Program-made: the position numbers and the translations under genes
Origin: a virus
Lineage: Duplodnaviria > Heunggongvirae > Uroviricota > Caudoviricetes
Virus record (IMG/VR): IMGVR_UViG_3300047445_000122
Length of the DNA stretch: 64,000 bases
Strand: one strand, 5' to 3'
Shown: one piece after another, positions 51,968-61,781 of the stretch
How positions within the stretch are numbered: the stretch's first letter is position 1
How the letters are laid out: the number at the start of each line of letters is the position of its first letter
Notes under the pieces: generated by a model
The model's input: only the letters and a program-made list of their open reading frames with translations
What the model was told of the DNA's origin: nothing
Database searches by the model: none

Positions 51968-53838
51968 TGAGTAATCTTGCCCAATTTCTGGGTCAATATA
52001 GCAACGCAGGTGGATTTGAACTGTTGAATAACGGTTCGATTGAGATGGCCGGTTCAAGTATCAATCGTGCTGTCGTTATCAACCCAGTGACTCTGGCGTC
52101 TTTGAACACCACACCCGCCACCATCGGTGCGTATCTGAACATTGAAGGGTTCGCGCCTGTTCGGTTCAGCACTGCGTTCCCGCCTAGTGCAACGTCTGGT
52201 GTACAAATGACCGTCCCCAATTCTGTTCCGCAACAGCTGATTGACAACACCGTCCCGCAGGGTATTTGGCAACCACTTGTCGCCACTCCATCTACCGCCC
52301 CGGATACTCAACGCATCACTTATGGTCGTGCAACTCAGTTGTCCGGCAAGTCCTACAAGGCGTCAGTTGTAGTCAACGCGAATTGTACTTTGATTGTGAC
52401 GGCTGACGCCCTGAACTTCTATGTGTACGCCTACAATCCAACCACAAGGGTGCTCAGCGCCCCGTTTACGTACAGCGCTTTGAGTTTGCACACCAACTGG
52501 GGTTCCGGTAATGGCGTCCACTTGATGGGTTGTGTGGTTAGGTTGTTCCCAATCGACTCATCAAACGTGATGATGACTGTGAACACCAGCAACCAGTACT
52601 TCTATCAAGGCACTCCGGCAGGCTGGGGAGCAGTTGTTTTGTCAGTCAACGGATCGAACGTTGTTAGTGCTGGAGCGACCACGCAACAATCGAAGGTTCC
52701 TGTGGCGCCTTCATACAGCTATGCGCATTATGTTGAATTCGTCCAATTGACTTCTACAACGTTCGCCTATGTCCTTCAAGCAGCAACGACCAATGTTGAT
52801 GTCGGGGTCATCACAACCAGCGGCACGACAACCACTTTCAACACAGCTTTGAACTGGAACGTTGGGAACAGCAGCGACATTTGCGATTTGATTGTTGTTT
52901 CGCCCACGCTGCTTCTGCTCAGCGGCCACAAAGGCTCCTATATATCATTCGTGACCACATTTAGCATTTCCGGCACCACGGTCACTCTAGGAAACACAGT
53001 AAGTCCGTTTATTACGGGCGATTCCTCAGGATCATTCGCAACAATTTCGTTGTTCAAGATTGATGCAAGCAACTACGTCCAAGTGGCACAGGACAATGTC
53101 GGTGCCTATACATTCCGCTCACGTCCTTTCAGTTTGACTGGGTCCACTATCAACCCAGGCACTGCACAAACTTGGGCTGTTACTGGTATCAATGGTGCGA
53201 ATCAAAACCCATCACGCGACTACATCGTGACGAGGACTGATGCTTATAAAATCAGACACATCATCGGCATCGGCGGTGGCGGCGGGAATCCAATATTTAC
53301 AAACGGCACTTTGGTTATTCCTCGTGTTGTTTATGGACCGCTTGTGTTCTCTGTCAGCGGTACTGGCGTGCTCACTAGTGCCAATGGATCGAATCTCACT
53401 GAATACACAGGAATGACTTGGGGTGGCAACGCAACGCGCCAATGGTGGACGACTGATGGTAAGTTGTATCTCAGTCCCTATGACGGCTCGGCCATTAAAC
53501 TAGCCACCATCGGGAGCGGCACCATCACTCTGGGTGCTGACTACTTTGTGCCTCCGAGCACCATTGGAGCTGGGTCTGATTTTCCGCGATCTTCCGAAGG
53601 GTTCATTGTCACAGACACTTTTGGATTCGGTACACTCAAGACTTCATCTGGTAATAGAACCTATCCGTTGACTGTCTCGAATAGATTCAACGTCAACGTT
53701 ACCTTGACAGTACCTGCATACAGCGCCGAAGCTGCTCTGACAGCCAACGGTTCTGCTTTGGTTGTTTCTGATCAAACCAGATGTTGGGCTGGCGGTATCG
53801 CTAACAACTCAGTCTATCTGCTGGATGGTTGTGTATAA
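51937..53838 (+). CDS. tail fibre-like protein (633 aa)
   Basis: Ser/Thr/Gly/Asn-rich. Followed by a plus-strand terminator at 53851..53882. Confidence 0.4.
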   Translation: MEWFRLEGFLMSNLAQFLGQYSNAGGFELLNNGSIEMAGSSINRAVVINPVTLASLNTTPATIGAYLNIEGFAPVRFSTAFPPSATSGVQMTVPNSVPQQLIDNTVPQGIWQPLVATPSTAPDTQRITYGRATQLSGKSYKASVVVNANCTLIVTADALNFYVYAYNPTTRVLSAPFTYSALSLHTNWGSGNGVHLMGCVVRLFPIDSSNVMMTVNTSNQYFYQGTPAGWGAVVLSVNGSNVVSAGATTQQSKVPVAPSYSYAHYVEFVQLTSTTFAYVLQAATTNVDVGVITTSGTTTTFNTALNWNVGNSSDICDLIVVSPTLLLLSGHKGSYISFVTTFSISGTTVTLGNTVSPFITGDSSGSFATISLFKIDASNYVQVAQDNVGAYTFRSRPFSLTGSTINPGTAQTWAVTGINGANQNPSRDYIVTRTDAYKIRHIIGIGGGGGNPIFTNGTLVIPRVVYGPLVFSVSGTGVLTSANGSNLTEYTGMTWGGNATRQWWTTDGKLYLSPYDGSAIKLATIGSGTITLGADYFVPPSTIGAGSDFPRSSEGFIVTDTFGFGTLKTSSGNRTYPLTVSNRFNVNVTLTVPAYSAEAALTANGSALVVSDQTRCWAGGIANNSVYLLDGCV

Positions 53839-53850
53839 GGTATAATACCT

Positions 53851-53882
53851 GAGCCCCTGGATTCGTCCAGGGGCTTTTCTTT
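53851..53882 (+). terminator. rho-independent terminator (plus strand)
   Basis: GCCCCTGGA-ttcg-TCCAGGGGCTTTTCTTTT, after fibre gene 51937..53838. Confidence 0.7.
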
Positions 53883-53934
53883 TGTCTTCCACTAAATACA
53901 CTATAAATTCAACCATGTTCCGATAGGGGAATTC

Positions 53935-56900
53935 ATGTCACTTCAAAAAACCGACCTCAATGTCGCCCCGTTCTATGATGATTACGATGAGTCCAAAGGA
54001 TTCCATCGTGTGCTGTTCCGCCCAACCAAGTCCGTTCAGGCCCGTGAACTGACTCAGGCTCAAACCATCCTCCAAGAGCAAATCAACCGCTTCGGTCGTC
54101 ACTTCTTCCAAGAAGGCTCTGTTGTCGTTCCTGGTGGCATCAACGCCATCCCTGCCAAGGACACCATCGCAGTATCCCTGGGTGGCAACATTGATCCAAA
54201 CGTCCTGACCCTCAACAAAGACAAGCTGTACATTGTGTCCACCTCCTCTGGTGTGGAAGCCCACATGGTCAAGTTTGTTCCTGCTGCTAATGGCGACCCA
54301 ACTGCCTTCGCACTCGACTACCGCAAGACCGCAACTGACGGCGTGACTCGCACATTCCAAGCTGGAGAGACCTGCAACTTGGTGATCCGCGACGACAGCG
54401 GCGATACCATCGTCATCAACATGGTGGTGAACTCTGTCCAGAAGGGCACGTATGTTGCTGTTCTGCCTGGTGTGTACTTCGTGCGTGGCCATATGGTGCG
54501 TTGCGAGTCCCAAGACATCGTCGCCACACCATTCCGCAACGATCAGAACGTGCATGTGGGCTTCAAGATCAATGAGTCCATCATCAGCGAGACCCAAGAC
54601 GCCTCCCTGTTGTCGAACGCCCTGGGCGCTCCCAACTACAAGGCTCCGGGCGCTGCTCGCCTGAAGATCGAACTGACCCTGGCGTCCTACATTGGCGACT
54701 ACAACGACAACTCCTTCGTGGAGATTGTGACGTTTGCCAACGGTGAGCTGCAAAACAAGGTTGTCTCGACTGACTACAGCTACCTGATGAACAACATCGC
54801 GCAGCGTCAGTATGAGACCAACGGCAACTTCACTGTCGCGCCGATCCCGCTGAACATCTATGACCACATGCGGAATGAAGACTTCAAAGACGGTCTGTAC
54901 ACCCCTGCTCTGGGCGGCGACGCAACCAAGCTGGTGTATCGTCTGGGTCGTGGTATTGCCTACACCAACGGCTTCCGTTCTGAAATCCAGAACTACTACG
55001 ACATTGTAGCAGACAAGGCCATCGATACCAACACCCTGCGCAACGCAGTGTTGCCAACCTCCTTCGGCTCCTACTTCCTGTGTACGACTGCGACGGCTGT
55101 ATCTCTGCCACCACTCGACCTGAAGAAGCGTGTGAACCTGTTGGACGGCTCCAACGCTGTGATCGGTACTTGCCTGGTGCGTTCCGTGAAGTACAATGGC
55201 TATGACGCCATCATCGCCGGTAACACCATCCGCCTGTATGTGATGGACGTGCGGTTCAACACTGGCAAGAGCCTGGCTGACTTGGCTTCTGTGAAGTATC
55301 AAGACTCATCCAACAACTTCTCCGCTCCTGTGTATGGCAAGCGTGTGTACGACAGCACTGTGGACTCCATGCTCTTCAAGCTGCCGTATGATGCTGTGAA
55401 GTCTCTCTCGACCCAATCAGGCATCAACACCTCATACAGCGTCGTGCGTTCCTACGACATCACCCTGAACGGCTCTGGTGTTGGCTCTGTGTCTCTCCCA
55501 GCGAATGAGTATTTCGTGGCTCTGAACGGCTTCGATTATGCTGCTGCTCTGACCGGTTCCGGGACTCCAGGCACTGCGTTCGGTACAGACAAGCTCGCCC
55601 TCGGCGGTACGGGTGGGAATAAGACACTGACAGTGAATGTTGGTGCGTCGTACAGCGGTCAGGTCGTTCGCGTCATCGCGCCAGTCTATAAGGCCGTTAC
55701 GGGTCACAAGACGAAGACCCTCACCAGCCGTACCCAAACCATCGCCTTCGCAAACCAGAGCTCAGCAATCCTCGACCGTTGTGATGTGTACAAGCTCGAC
55801 AGCGTGATCTTGGTGAACCCTGATCTGACTGAAGTTGACGTGTCCAATCAATTCGGTATCAACTCAGGCAGCAAGCCGAACTGGTATGAGAACGGGAGCC
55901 TGTACAAGCTCGACAGCACGAAGGTGACTGGCAACTACCGTGTGACCTATGAGTATTTCAACCACTCCAGCGGCGACTACTTCACTGTGGACTCGTATGG
56001 TGGTATGCTGCGTGAAGACATCCCGCTGACGTCTGACACATTTGACAAGACCGTCGTGAGCTTGGCCGACTGTCTGGACTTCCGCCCTCTGCGCGATGCC
56101 TCGACAGCTACTGGCTCTGTGATTGGTGACTTCACCTCCGCTTCTTGGCTGGGTGACCTCATTGACCCGAACGACAGCGTCAACTATGACGTCACGTACT
56201 ACACCAACCGCATGGACTTGGTGTTTGCGGCTCCTGATGGCAGCTTCAGTGCTATGCGTGGTATCCCTGGCGACAACCCAAGCCCACCTCCTGTTCCGAA
56301 CGATTGTATGGCTTTGTACCAAGTGTACATTCCGGCCTACACTGTGGACGTGTCTAAGGTGCGTCTGTTCTCCTTCGACAACAAGCGCTACACGATGCGC
56401 GACATTGGCAAGCTGGAAGGTCGCATCGGCAACCTGGAATACTACACCTCTCTGAACCTCTTGGAGAACAAGGTGGAGCGTACCCAGGTGTTGGATCAGA
56501 ACGGTCTGAACCGTTTCAAGAACGGCTTCAGCGCCGACAACTTCCTGAGCACGACTCTGGGCGATGTGACTGATCCTCTGTGGGCTGCGTCCTATGACTT
56601 GAAGAACGGTCTGTTGCTGGGTTCCTACAAGGAAAGCCCTGCCGACATGATCTACAAGTCCGGTACCAATCACAAAATCGGCCGTTCTGCTGTGATGGAC
56701 TTCACGACCTCCGTTGCGATCAAACAGCCTCTGGCCACGCAAACTATCAACGTCAACCCATATGCTGTGTATACCTGGTCTGGCTCTGTGGAACTGTTCC
56801 CGGCGTCTGACTTCTGGAAAGACACTGTGTACTTGCCACCGATCACCCGCTCAGCTAATGGCCGTGTGACTTCCTCTGGCAATTCGTCTGGTCCAAGCGC

Positions 56901-59097
56901 TTCTGCGATCCAGGACTACAACGATCAGTATCTGTACCTCAAGGCGACTCCTGAGACTATGCAGAAAATCTGGGGCAGCGACTCCTCGATTCAAACCCCT
57001 GGCGCTCTGTTGACTTGGCAAACGCAATCTGGTACAGTGGTGACGATTCCTAACACCACCATCCCTGGTTCAAGTGTTGGCGGTCTCCCGGTTCCGACCT
57101 GGGCCATCACACCATACACCTTGGCAGACGTACCTGGCTTCACTCCCGGCACCACACTGGCTGGCTTCCCGCTGCCTCCTGCTGGTATCCCGATCTGGTC
57201 TCCATCCGCACCTACACAGGGCAACTCTGTACGTTGGGGCGTGACTGGTAGCCATGTGGAAACGACTGTCACCAATCAGTACTTCGATGACTTGATCGCA
57301 ACCGCAGTGATCCCATGGATGCGTAGTATCCAAATCACAGCCCGCCTCAAAGGCTTCCGCCCATTCACCAAGTTGTTTGCATTCTTCAACGGTATCAGTG
57401 TTGACGCTTACATCCAGCAGACGAAACCGGCGTTGGGAACCCTGGGTGCGAACATTGTGGTTGATGATACTGGTGCAGCTGAAGCAGTCTTCACGATCCC
57501 AAGCGATGTCAACATGCGCTTCCCTGTAGGCGATGCGACTCTGCGGTTCACTGATGACCCTGTGAACGGCGCGACCAACGCTCAATCCTTCACCTCTGGC
57601 GAGACTGTGTTCAAGTCCGGTGGTACTCTGGAAACCCGCCAGCAGACAACCGTGACCACTGTCACTCAAACCGTTGTGGAAGACTGGGGCTGGGTATCTC
57701 CTCCGCGAGACCCTGTTGCTCAAACCTTCTATGTGTCTGACTCTGGTGGTATCTGGGTTCCGAAGATTGACGTTGCATTCTCCACGAAGGCCAAGAAGCT
57801 GCCGATCACTCTGCAAGTGCGTTCTGTGACGGCTGGTCTCCCAACCAACGTTGTCGCTGCTGGCGGTCAAGTTATTCTGGACCCGTCCCAAGTGAATGTG
57901 TCTGCTGACGGCTCCGTGATGACCTCGTTCGTGTTTGATGACCCGATCTACCTGGCTGGCAAGACTGAATACGCCATCGTGCTCCTGGCCGACACCCAAG
58001 AGTACAACGTGTTCATCGCTACCATGGGTCAACGTGTGATTGGCAAGAACTTGAATGTGGCGGAGCAGCCTAACATCGGCGTGTTCCTGACCTCATCCAA
58101 CGCTTCAACCTGGTCTCCCGATCAACTGAGCGATCTGACCTTTGCTGTTCACAAGTGCGTGTTCGACACCAACACGACGACTCAAGTTGTCTGGGAGTGC
58201 TTCCGCCCTATGGCCCAGATCACAACTCTGCATCCGATCACTACCACTTCCGGTAGCAACATTGTGAAGTTGAATGTGCGTTCCCACTCTCTGAAGGCGG
58301 GTGACACGTTCCCGATCTACGTTGCTGAGGACGGTGCTGGTATCCCATCTACAGAGTTCATCGGCACGAAAACAGTTTTGTCCTCCGGTCTTGACTGGGT
58401 GACTTTCGCTGTAACAACCAATGCCAATGCATCAACTAACGTTGGTGGTGTGGTCAGCTTGACGGCGAACTATCCTGTGACTGAGTTCCGTCCTGATATC
58501 ATCCAGAACACTCTGCCAGGTACCACAGTTGCTTGGGAATATCAATATGTGTCTCAAGCCAGCCGCGCAACCTCTGCTTGGACGTTGTTCACGAACACAA
58601 ACGAAACCAATGGTCTTCCTTCTGAAGGCGTCATCCGCCAAGATGGTGACTTTAAGATTCGCGCCACGTTCAAGACGACTGATCCAAACCTGACCCCTCA
58701 GGTGAAGTTGAACGGTATGGGTGTCCAGCTGATTGGTCGCCGTCTCACAAACGACGCAACCAACCCAGCATTCAACTATGTGACGAAGGCTGTGAAGTTT
58801 GATAATGCCAACACCTCCATGCGCGCCTACATCGGTGTGAACCTCCCTGGTTCTACCAACATGAAAGCGTACTACAAGCTGTTGGCAACCGGCTCCGATG
58901 ATCTGAGCAAGGTAGCATGGACTGAGGTTCTTCCTCAGACCTCAATCATCAACCAACAGAAGGGCTTCGTTGAGTATGAGTACCGTGTGAACTCAACCAC
59001 CCCGTTCGTTGGCTACAAGATGATGATTTGCTTCTTTGGTCCAGACCCTGTCGATTGCCCAATCGTTCAGGACTTCCGCTCGATAGCGTTGGCATGA
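53935..59097 (+). CDS. very large virion structural protein (1720 aa)
   Basis: Uninterrupted 5.2-kb ORF in the tail/baseplate module immediately upstream of the gp13-like gene. Confidence 0.5.
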   Translation: MSLQKTDLNVAPFYDDYDESKGFHRVLFRPTKSVQARELTQAQTILQEQINRFGRHFFQEGSVVVPGGINAIPAKDTIAVSLGGNIDPNVLTLNKDKLYIVSTSSGVEAHMVKFVPAANGDPTAFALDYRKTATDGVTRTFQAGETCNLVIRDDSGDTIVINMVVNSVQKGTYVAVLPGVYFVRGHMVRCESQDIVATPFRNDQNVHVGFKINESIISETQDASLLSNALGAPNYKAPGAARLKIELTLASYIGDYNDNSFVEIVTFANGELQNKVVSTDYSYLMNNIAQRQYETNGNFTVAPIPLNIYDHMRNEDFKDGLYTPALGGDATKLVYRLGRGIAYTNGFRSEIQNYYDIVADKAIDTNTLRNAVLPTSFGSYFLCTTATAVSLPPLDLKKRVNLLDGSNAVIGTCLVRSVKYNGYDAIIAGNTIRLYVMDVRFNTGKSLADLASVKYQDSSNNFSAPVYGKRVYDSTVDSMLFKLPYDAVKSLSTQSGINTSYSVVRSYDITLNGSGVGSVSLPANEYFVALNGFDYAAALTGSGTPGTAFGTDKLALGGTGGNKTLTVNVGASYSGQVVRVIAPVYKAVTGHKTKTLTSRTQTIAFANQSSAILDRCDVYKLDSVILVNPDLTEVDVSNQFGINSGSKPNWYENGSLYKLDSTKVTGNYRVTYEYFNHSSGDYFTVDSYGGMLREDIPLTSDTFDKTVVSLADCLDFRPLRDASTATGSVIGDFTSASWLGDLIDPNDSVNYDVTYYTNRMDLVFAAPDGSFSAMRGIPGDNPSPPPVPNDCMALYQVYIPAYTVDVSKVRLFSFDNKRYTMRDIGKLEGRIGNLEYYTSLNLLENKVERTQVLDQNGLNRFKNGFSADNFLSTTLGDVTDPLWAASYDLKNGLLLGSYKESPADMIYKSGTNHKIGRSAVMDFTTSVAIKQPLATQTINVNPYAVYTWSGSVELFPASDFWKDTVYLPPITRSANGRVTSSGNSSGPSASAIQDYNDQYLYLKATPETMQKIWGSDSSIQTPGALLTWQTQSGTVVTIPNTTIPGSSVGGLPVPTWAITPYTLADVPGFTPGTTLAGFPLPPAGIPIWSPSAPTQGNSVRWGVTGSHVETTVTNQYFDDLIATAVIPWMRSIQITARLKGFRPFTKLFAFFNGISVDAYIQQTKPALGTLGANIVVDDTGAAEAVFTIPSDVNMRFPVGDATLRFTDDPVNGATNAQSFTSGETVFKSGGTLETRQQTTVTTVTQTVVEDWGWVSPPRDPVAQTFYVSDSGGIWVPKIDVAFSTKAKKLPITLQVRSVTAGLPTNVVAAGGQVILDPSQVNVSADGSVMTSFVFDDPIYLAGKTEYAIVLLADTQEYNVFIATMGQRVIGKNLNVAEQPNIGVFLTSSNASTWSPDQLSDLTFAVHKCVFDTNTTTQVVWECFRPMAQITTLHPITTTSGSNIVKLNVRSHSLKAGDTFPIYVAEDGAGIPSTEFIGTKTVLSSGLDWVTFAVTTNANASTNVGGVVSLTANYPVTEFRPDIIQNTLPGTTVAWEYQYVSQASRATSAWTLFTNTNETNGLPSEGVIRQDGDFKIRATFKTTDPNLTPQVKLNGMGVQLIGRRLTNDATNPAFNYVTKAVKFDNANTSMRAYIGVNLPGSTNMKAYYKLLATGSDDLSKVAWTEVLPQTSIINQQKGFVEYEYRVNSTTPFVGYKMMICFFGPDPVDCPIVQDFRSIALA

Positions 59098-59162
59098 CCT
59101 AAGCAGGTAACACAATGGAGGGGCTTCGGCTCCTCCATTGTTCTTGTACAGGAGTGACATGA

Positions 59163-59363
59163 ATGGACGAAATGAAAGTGAAAGACCATCCCCACCTGGT
59201 GCGCCGGAATGGGGTGATTGTAAACAAAGACCGGGAAGGCTTTGAGAGGTACGTGGCGACCCGCGAGGCACAAGAGACCAAGGATCAACAGATCAAGTCT
59301 CTGGGTGAGCGTGTGGATCAACTGACTGATCTAGTGAACCGGCTCCTGGAGGAACGAAAATGA
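59163..59363 (+). CDS. small coiled-coil protein (66 aa)
   Basis: ATGA-coupled to the gp13-like gene. Confidence 0.3.
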   Translation: MDEMKVKDHPHLVRRNGVIVNKDREGFERYVATREAQETKDQQIKSLGERVDQLTDLVNRLLEERK

Positions 59364-60118
59364 ATCGCAATAGCACACGTGCCGATCTCAAGAAGGAGAT
59401 TTTCACTGCCCTGGGTGCTCCTCTGATCAAGGTCAACTTGACTGACGAACAGATGGACTACATCATCAACTACTCAATCAAGAAGTACTGGCGTTGGCAC
59501 TATGAAGGCTCCTTTGAGACCTACTACTATGTGGATGTCACCCAAGCCGATGTCGATGCCGGGTATCTGACTGTCCCGCAACACTTCGACAGCGTGACCC
59601 AGATCATCCCCACGAACAGCCTCTCTTCCCAGCTTAATTGGGCCACTACGCAGTGGCAAATGACCGCCTCCAATATCCTCGCACAGAACCGCTTCATGCC
59701 CCTGAGTCTGGTTGACTATGTGGCAACCCAACAACTGGTGACTAACACTCGTGTGATCATGGGTGAGGACTACAAGCTGTTTGAGTTCGTGAAGCACCAG
59801 CGCCGGGTGAATCCTCACTTCCGCTGGGCGGCTGGCGATAGGCTGGTGTTGAAAGTGTTTGAGGTGATCGACCCTGACCGCACCGATCCGGCCGCAGTAA
59901 ACAGCTCCCTGCTGTTTGACGATGACGTTTTGCGCGACCTCTGCGTGGCCAAGGCGAAACAACAATGGGGTTCGATCCTTGAGCGCTTCTCCGGGGCGGT
60001 ACTTCCGGGCGGCGTCACCATCAGCGGCTCCCGCTTGATTGAGGAGGGCAAGGCTGAGGAAGAGGCTTGGCAACAACTCGTGCGTGACCAAACGGTTGAC
60101 TTTATGGTGGTGGGCTGA
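59360..60118 (+). CDS. neck protein (T4 gp13-like)
   Basis: IFTALGAPLIKVNLTDEQMDYIINYSIKKY versus T4 gp13 [30 protein letters not shown]. C-terminus AVLPGGVTISGSRLIEEGKAEEEAW versus T4 [25 protein letters not shown]. Confidence 0.8.
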   Translation: MNRNSTRADLKKEIFTALGAPLIKVNLTDEQMDYIINYSIKKYWRWHYEGSFETYYYVDVTQADVDAGYLTVPQHFDSVTQIIPTNSLSSQLNWATTQWQMTASNILAQNRFMPLSLVDYVATQQLVTNTRVIMGEDYKLFEFVKHQRRVNPHFRWAAGDRLVLKVFEVIDPDRTDPAAVNSSLLFDDDVLRDLCVAKAKQQWGSILERFSGAVLPGGVTISGSRLIEEGKAEEEAWQQLVRDQTVDFMVVG

Positions 60119-60250
60119 CCCCTGGTACAGCCCCATGGATTTATGGCCCGTAAGTGGTTGATTCTACAGGGCGTAAAATCCCACTTAACTGGATTTGTTG
60201 TTGTGAAATCCAGACAATAAAAATGCCCTGGGACTTCCTCCCAGGGCATT
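60110..60250. repeat. intergenic repeat element, copy D
   Basis: TGACCCCTGGTACAG ... CCGTAAGTGGTTGATTCTACAGGGCGTAAAAT ... CTGGATTT-GTTGTTGTG-AAATCCAG hairpin ... AAAAATGCCCTGGG..CCCAGGGCA ... CTTGTTATTA. Confidence 0.65.
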
Positions 60251-60257
60251 CTTGTTA

Positions 60258-60560
60258 TTACAACATCATGACACTGATGCCGTTCTTTCTCAGGGTCTCG
60301 ATCAGGCAGGGGAATGTGTAAGTTTCAATCGCATCGCTGATCGACTCAACCGGGATATGAGCCCGGTCTAGCGCCGTCCGTAAGTCTGACGCGTGATCCC
60401 AAAACGCCTCCTTCAGCTGACGCCTTGTGATCACGCCGTTCAGTGACTTCTCTCGACAGTCTTGGACAAATACGGCGGTCGCATAGTCCTCAACCTTGTC
60501 CATGATCATGCCGCTAACGCCACCTTGTCTATCCGGGTCACTACTGGGCGGGTGCCACAT
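60258..60560 (-). CDS. hypothetical protein (100 aa), minus-strand insert in the structural module
   Basis: Complete ORF convergent with gp13. Confidence 0.35.
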   Translation of the reverse strand: MWHPPSSDPDRQGGVSGMIMDKVEDYATAVFVQDCREKSLNGVITRRQLKEAFWDHASDLRTALDRAHIPVESISDAIETYTFPCLIETLRKNGISVMML

Positions 60561-60997
60561 GCGACCGTATTCACGAGAGACAGAAATTGCTCATTGCCGG
60601 TGGCCAGACTGATCCCCCGCGATTCCGCGAGATACTTGGCGGCGTTATTGGCCACCATGTGTCGAATCGTCGCCATTCGGCCCTCAGCCTCAATGTACTG
60701 GTTGACGAGGCCCATCAGATGAGTGTCGATTGCGCGCATATTGTTCCCTTCAGGTTGGTCAAACATACGATTATCAGGTATCACTCCATTAAAGGCATCT
60801 AAAGCAGCCAACACGGCATTGTACTTGTCTGAACCCGGAGCGAGGTCACAGGCCGGTACGATCTGGTACACCGATCTGGGGCTCATACCCATTGAGCGAA
60901 CAATGAAGGCTTCCCCAGTGTCGAAATTGATATATTGCTCACTGTCCCAAAGACCGGGAAGGCTTGAGGCAACTACGTGTAGTGCTTTCATATCCAT
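60506..60997 (-). CDS. hypothetical protein (about 160 aa), minus-strand insert in the structural module
   Basis: Start probably at ATG 60997/60991 (MDMKALHV). Promoter motif upstream at 61026..61057. Confidence 0.35.
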   Translation of the reverse strand: MDMKALHVVASSLPGLWDSEQYINFDTGEAFIVRSMGMSPRSVYQIVPACDLAPGSDKYNAVLAALDAFNGVIPDNRMFDQPEGNNMRAIDTHLMGLVNQYIEAEGRMATIRHMVANNAAKYLAESRGISLATGNEQFLSLVNTVACGTRPVVTRIDKVALAA

Positions 60998-61025
60998 CCT
61001 AGTTGAGAAGTGACAGGTTAATACA

Positions 61026-61057
61026 ATTATACCTGAATTTTCCGAAAAGTAAAGCTC
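61026..61057 (-). promoter_or_regulatory. promoter for the minus-strand insert genes in the structural module
   Basis: Minus strand reads GAGCTTTACTTTTCGG..TCAGGTATAAT, upstream of ATG 60997. Confidence 0.45.
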
Positions 61058-61110
61058 TAAAGGGGAGTGGGACACTAAGTACAGGATAGAACTCAATAAG
61101 GAATGCTGAA

Positions 61111-61779
61111 ATGACGACAATCAGCCTATTGAACAATCAAGATAACTGGCTCACTAATGAGATGGATGTGGTCCAGGACTTGATTGACGAAAACATTCAA
61201 GCGACAGGCTCTGACTTGCGCTACTTCCCGAAGGAACAACTGAACCTCAATGAGATGTTCGGTGAATCCACAGTGTCCAAGTTCAAGAGCGGCTTTGACA
61301 TTGAAATGTACCTCGCTCGCGTGACCCACCATAACGGCGAGGATGACATCTTCAGCAAGTTCGGCATGGTACGCAATGACGAAGCAACCTTGCTCGTGTC
61401 CGTGCGGCGCTTCTCTATCGTGGGGCAAGACCATGGGTTGAAGCAACCTCTCGAAGATGACGTGATCTACATGCCATTCTCCAATACCCTGTGGAAGATC
61501 AGGAAGGTGAAGCATGACGAAGAGTATTTCCAATTCGGACAGAACCGCGTGTGGCGTCTTGAAGTGGGCTTGTTCGATCCGTCCCACGAGACCTTTGAGA
61601 ATGACGACATCACACCTGAAGACCTCCAACAAGTGGCGCGCCAGGTTGATGATCTTGGGTTGACTTCCCTCTTGGGTATCTCGGAGGAGTTGAAGCAAGA
61701 TGAAGGTGAGGTCTTCAAGGAGGTGATTGAACAATCGCTCCCAACGACCTTTGACTCAGACAATCCATTCGGAGAGTAA
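61111..61779 (+). CDS. neck protein (T4 gp14-like, by position)
   Basis: Sits between the gp13-like and gp15-like genes. Acidic 222-aa protein. Confidence 0.45.
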   Translation: MTTISLLNNQDNWLTNEMDVVQDLIDENIQATGSDLRYFPKEQLNLNEMFGESTVSKFKSGFDIEMYLARVTHHNGEDDIFSKFGMVRNDEATLLVSVRRFSIVGQDHGLKQPLEDDVIYMPFSNTLWKIRKVKHDEEYFQFGQNRVWRLEVGLFDPSHETFENDDITPEDLQQVARQVDDLGLTSLLGISEELKQDEGEVFKEVIEQSLPTTFDSDNPFGE

Positions 61780-61781
61780 CC

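Noticed and set aside
53938-58032. Several 290-450-aa minus-strand ORFs (53938..55302, 55864..56742, 57070..58032)
   Set aside because: All lie antisense to the 1720-aa structural gene, which is collinear with the plus-strand module.
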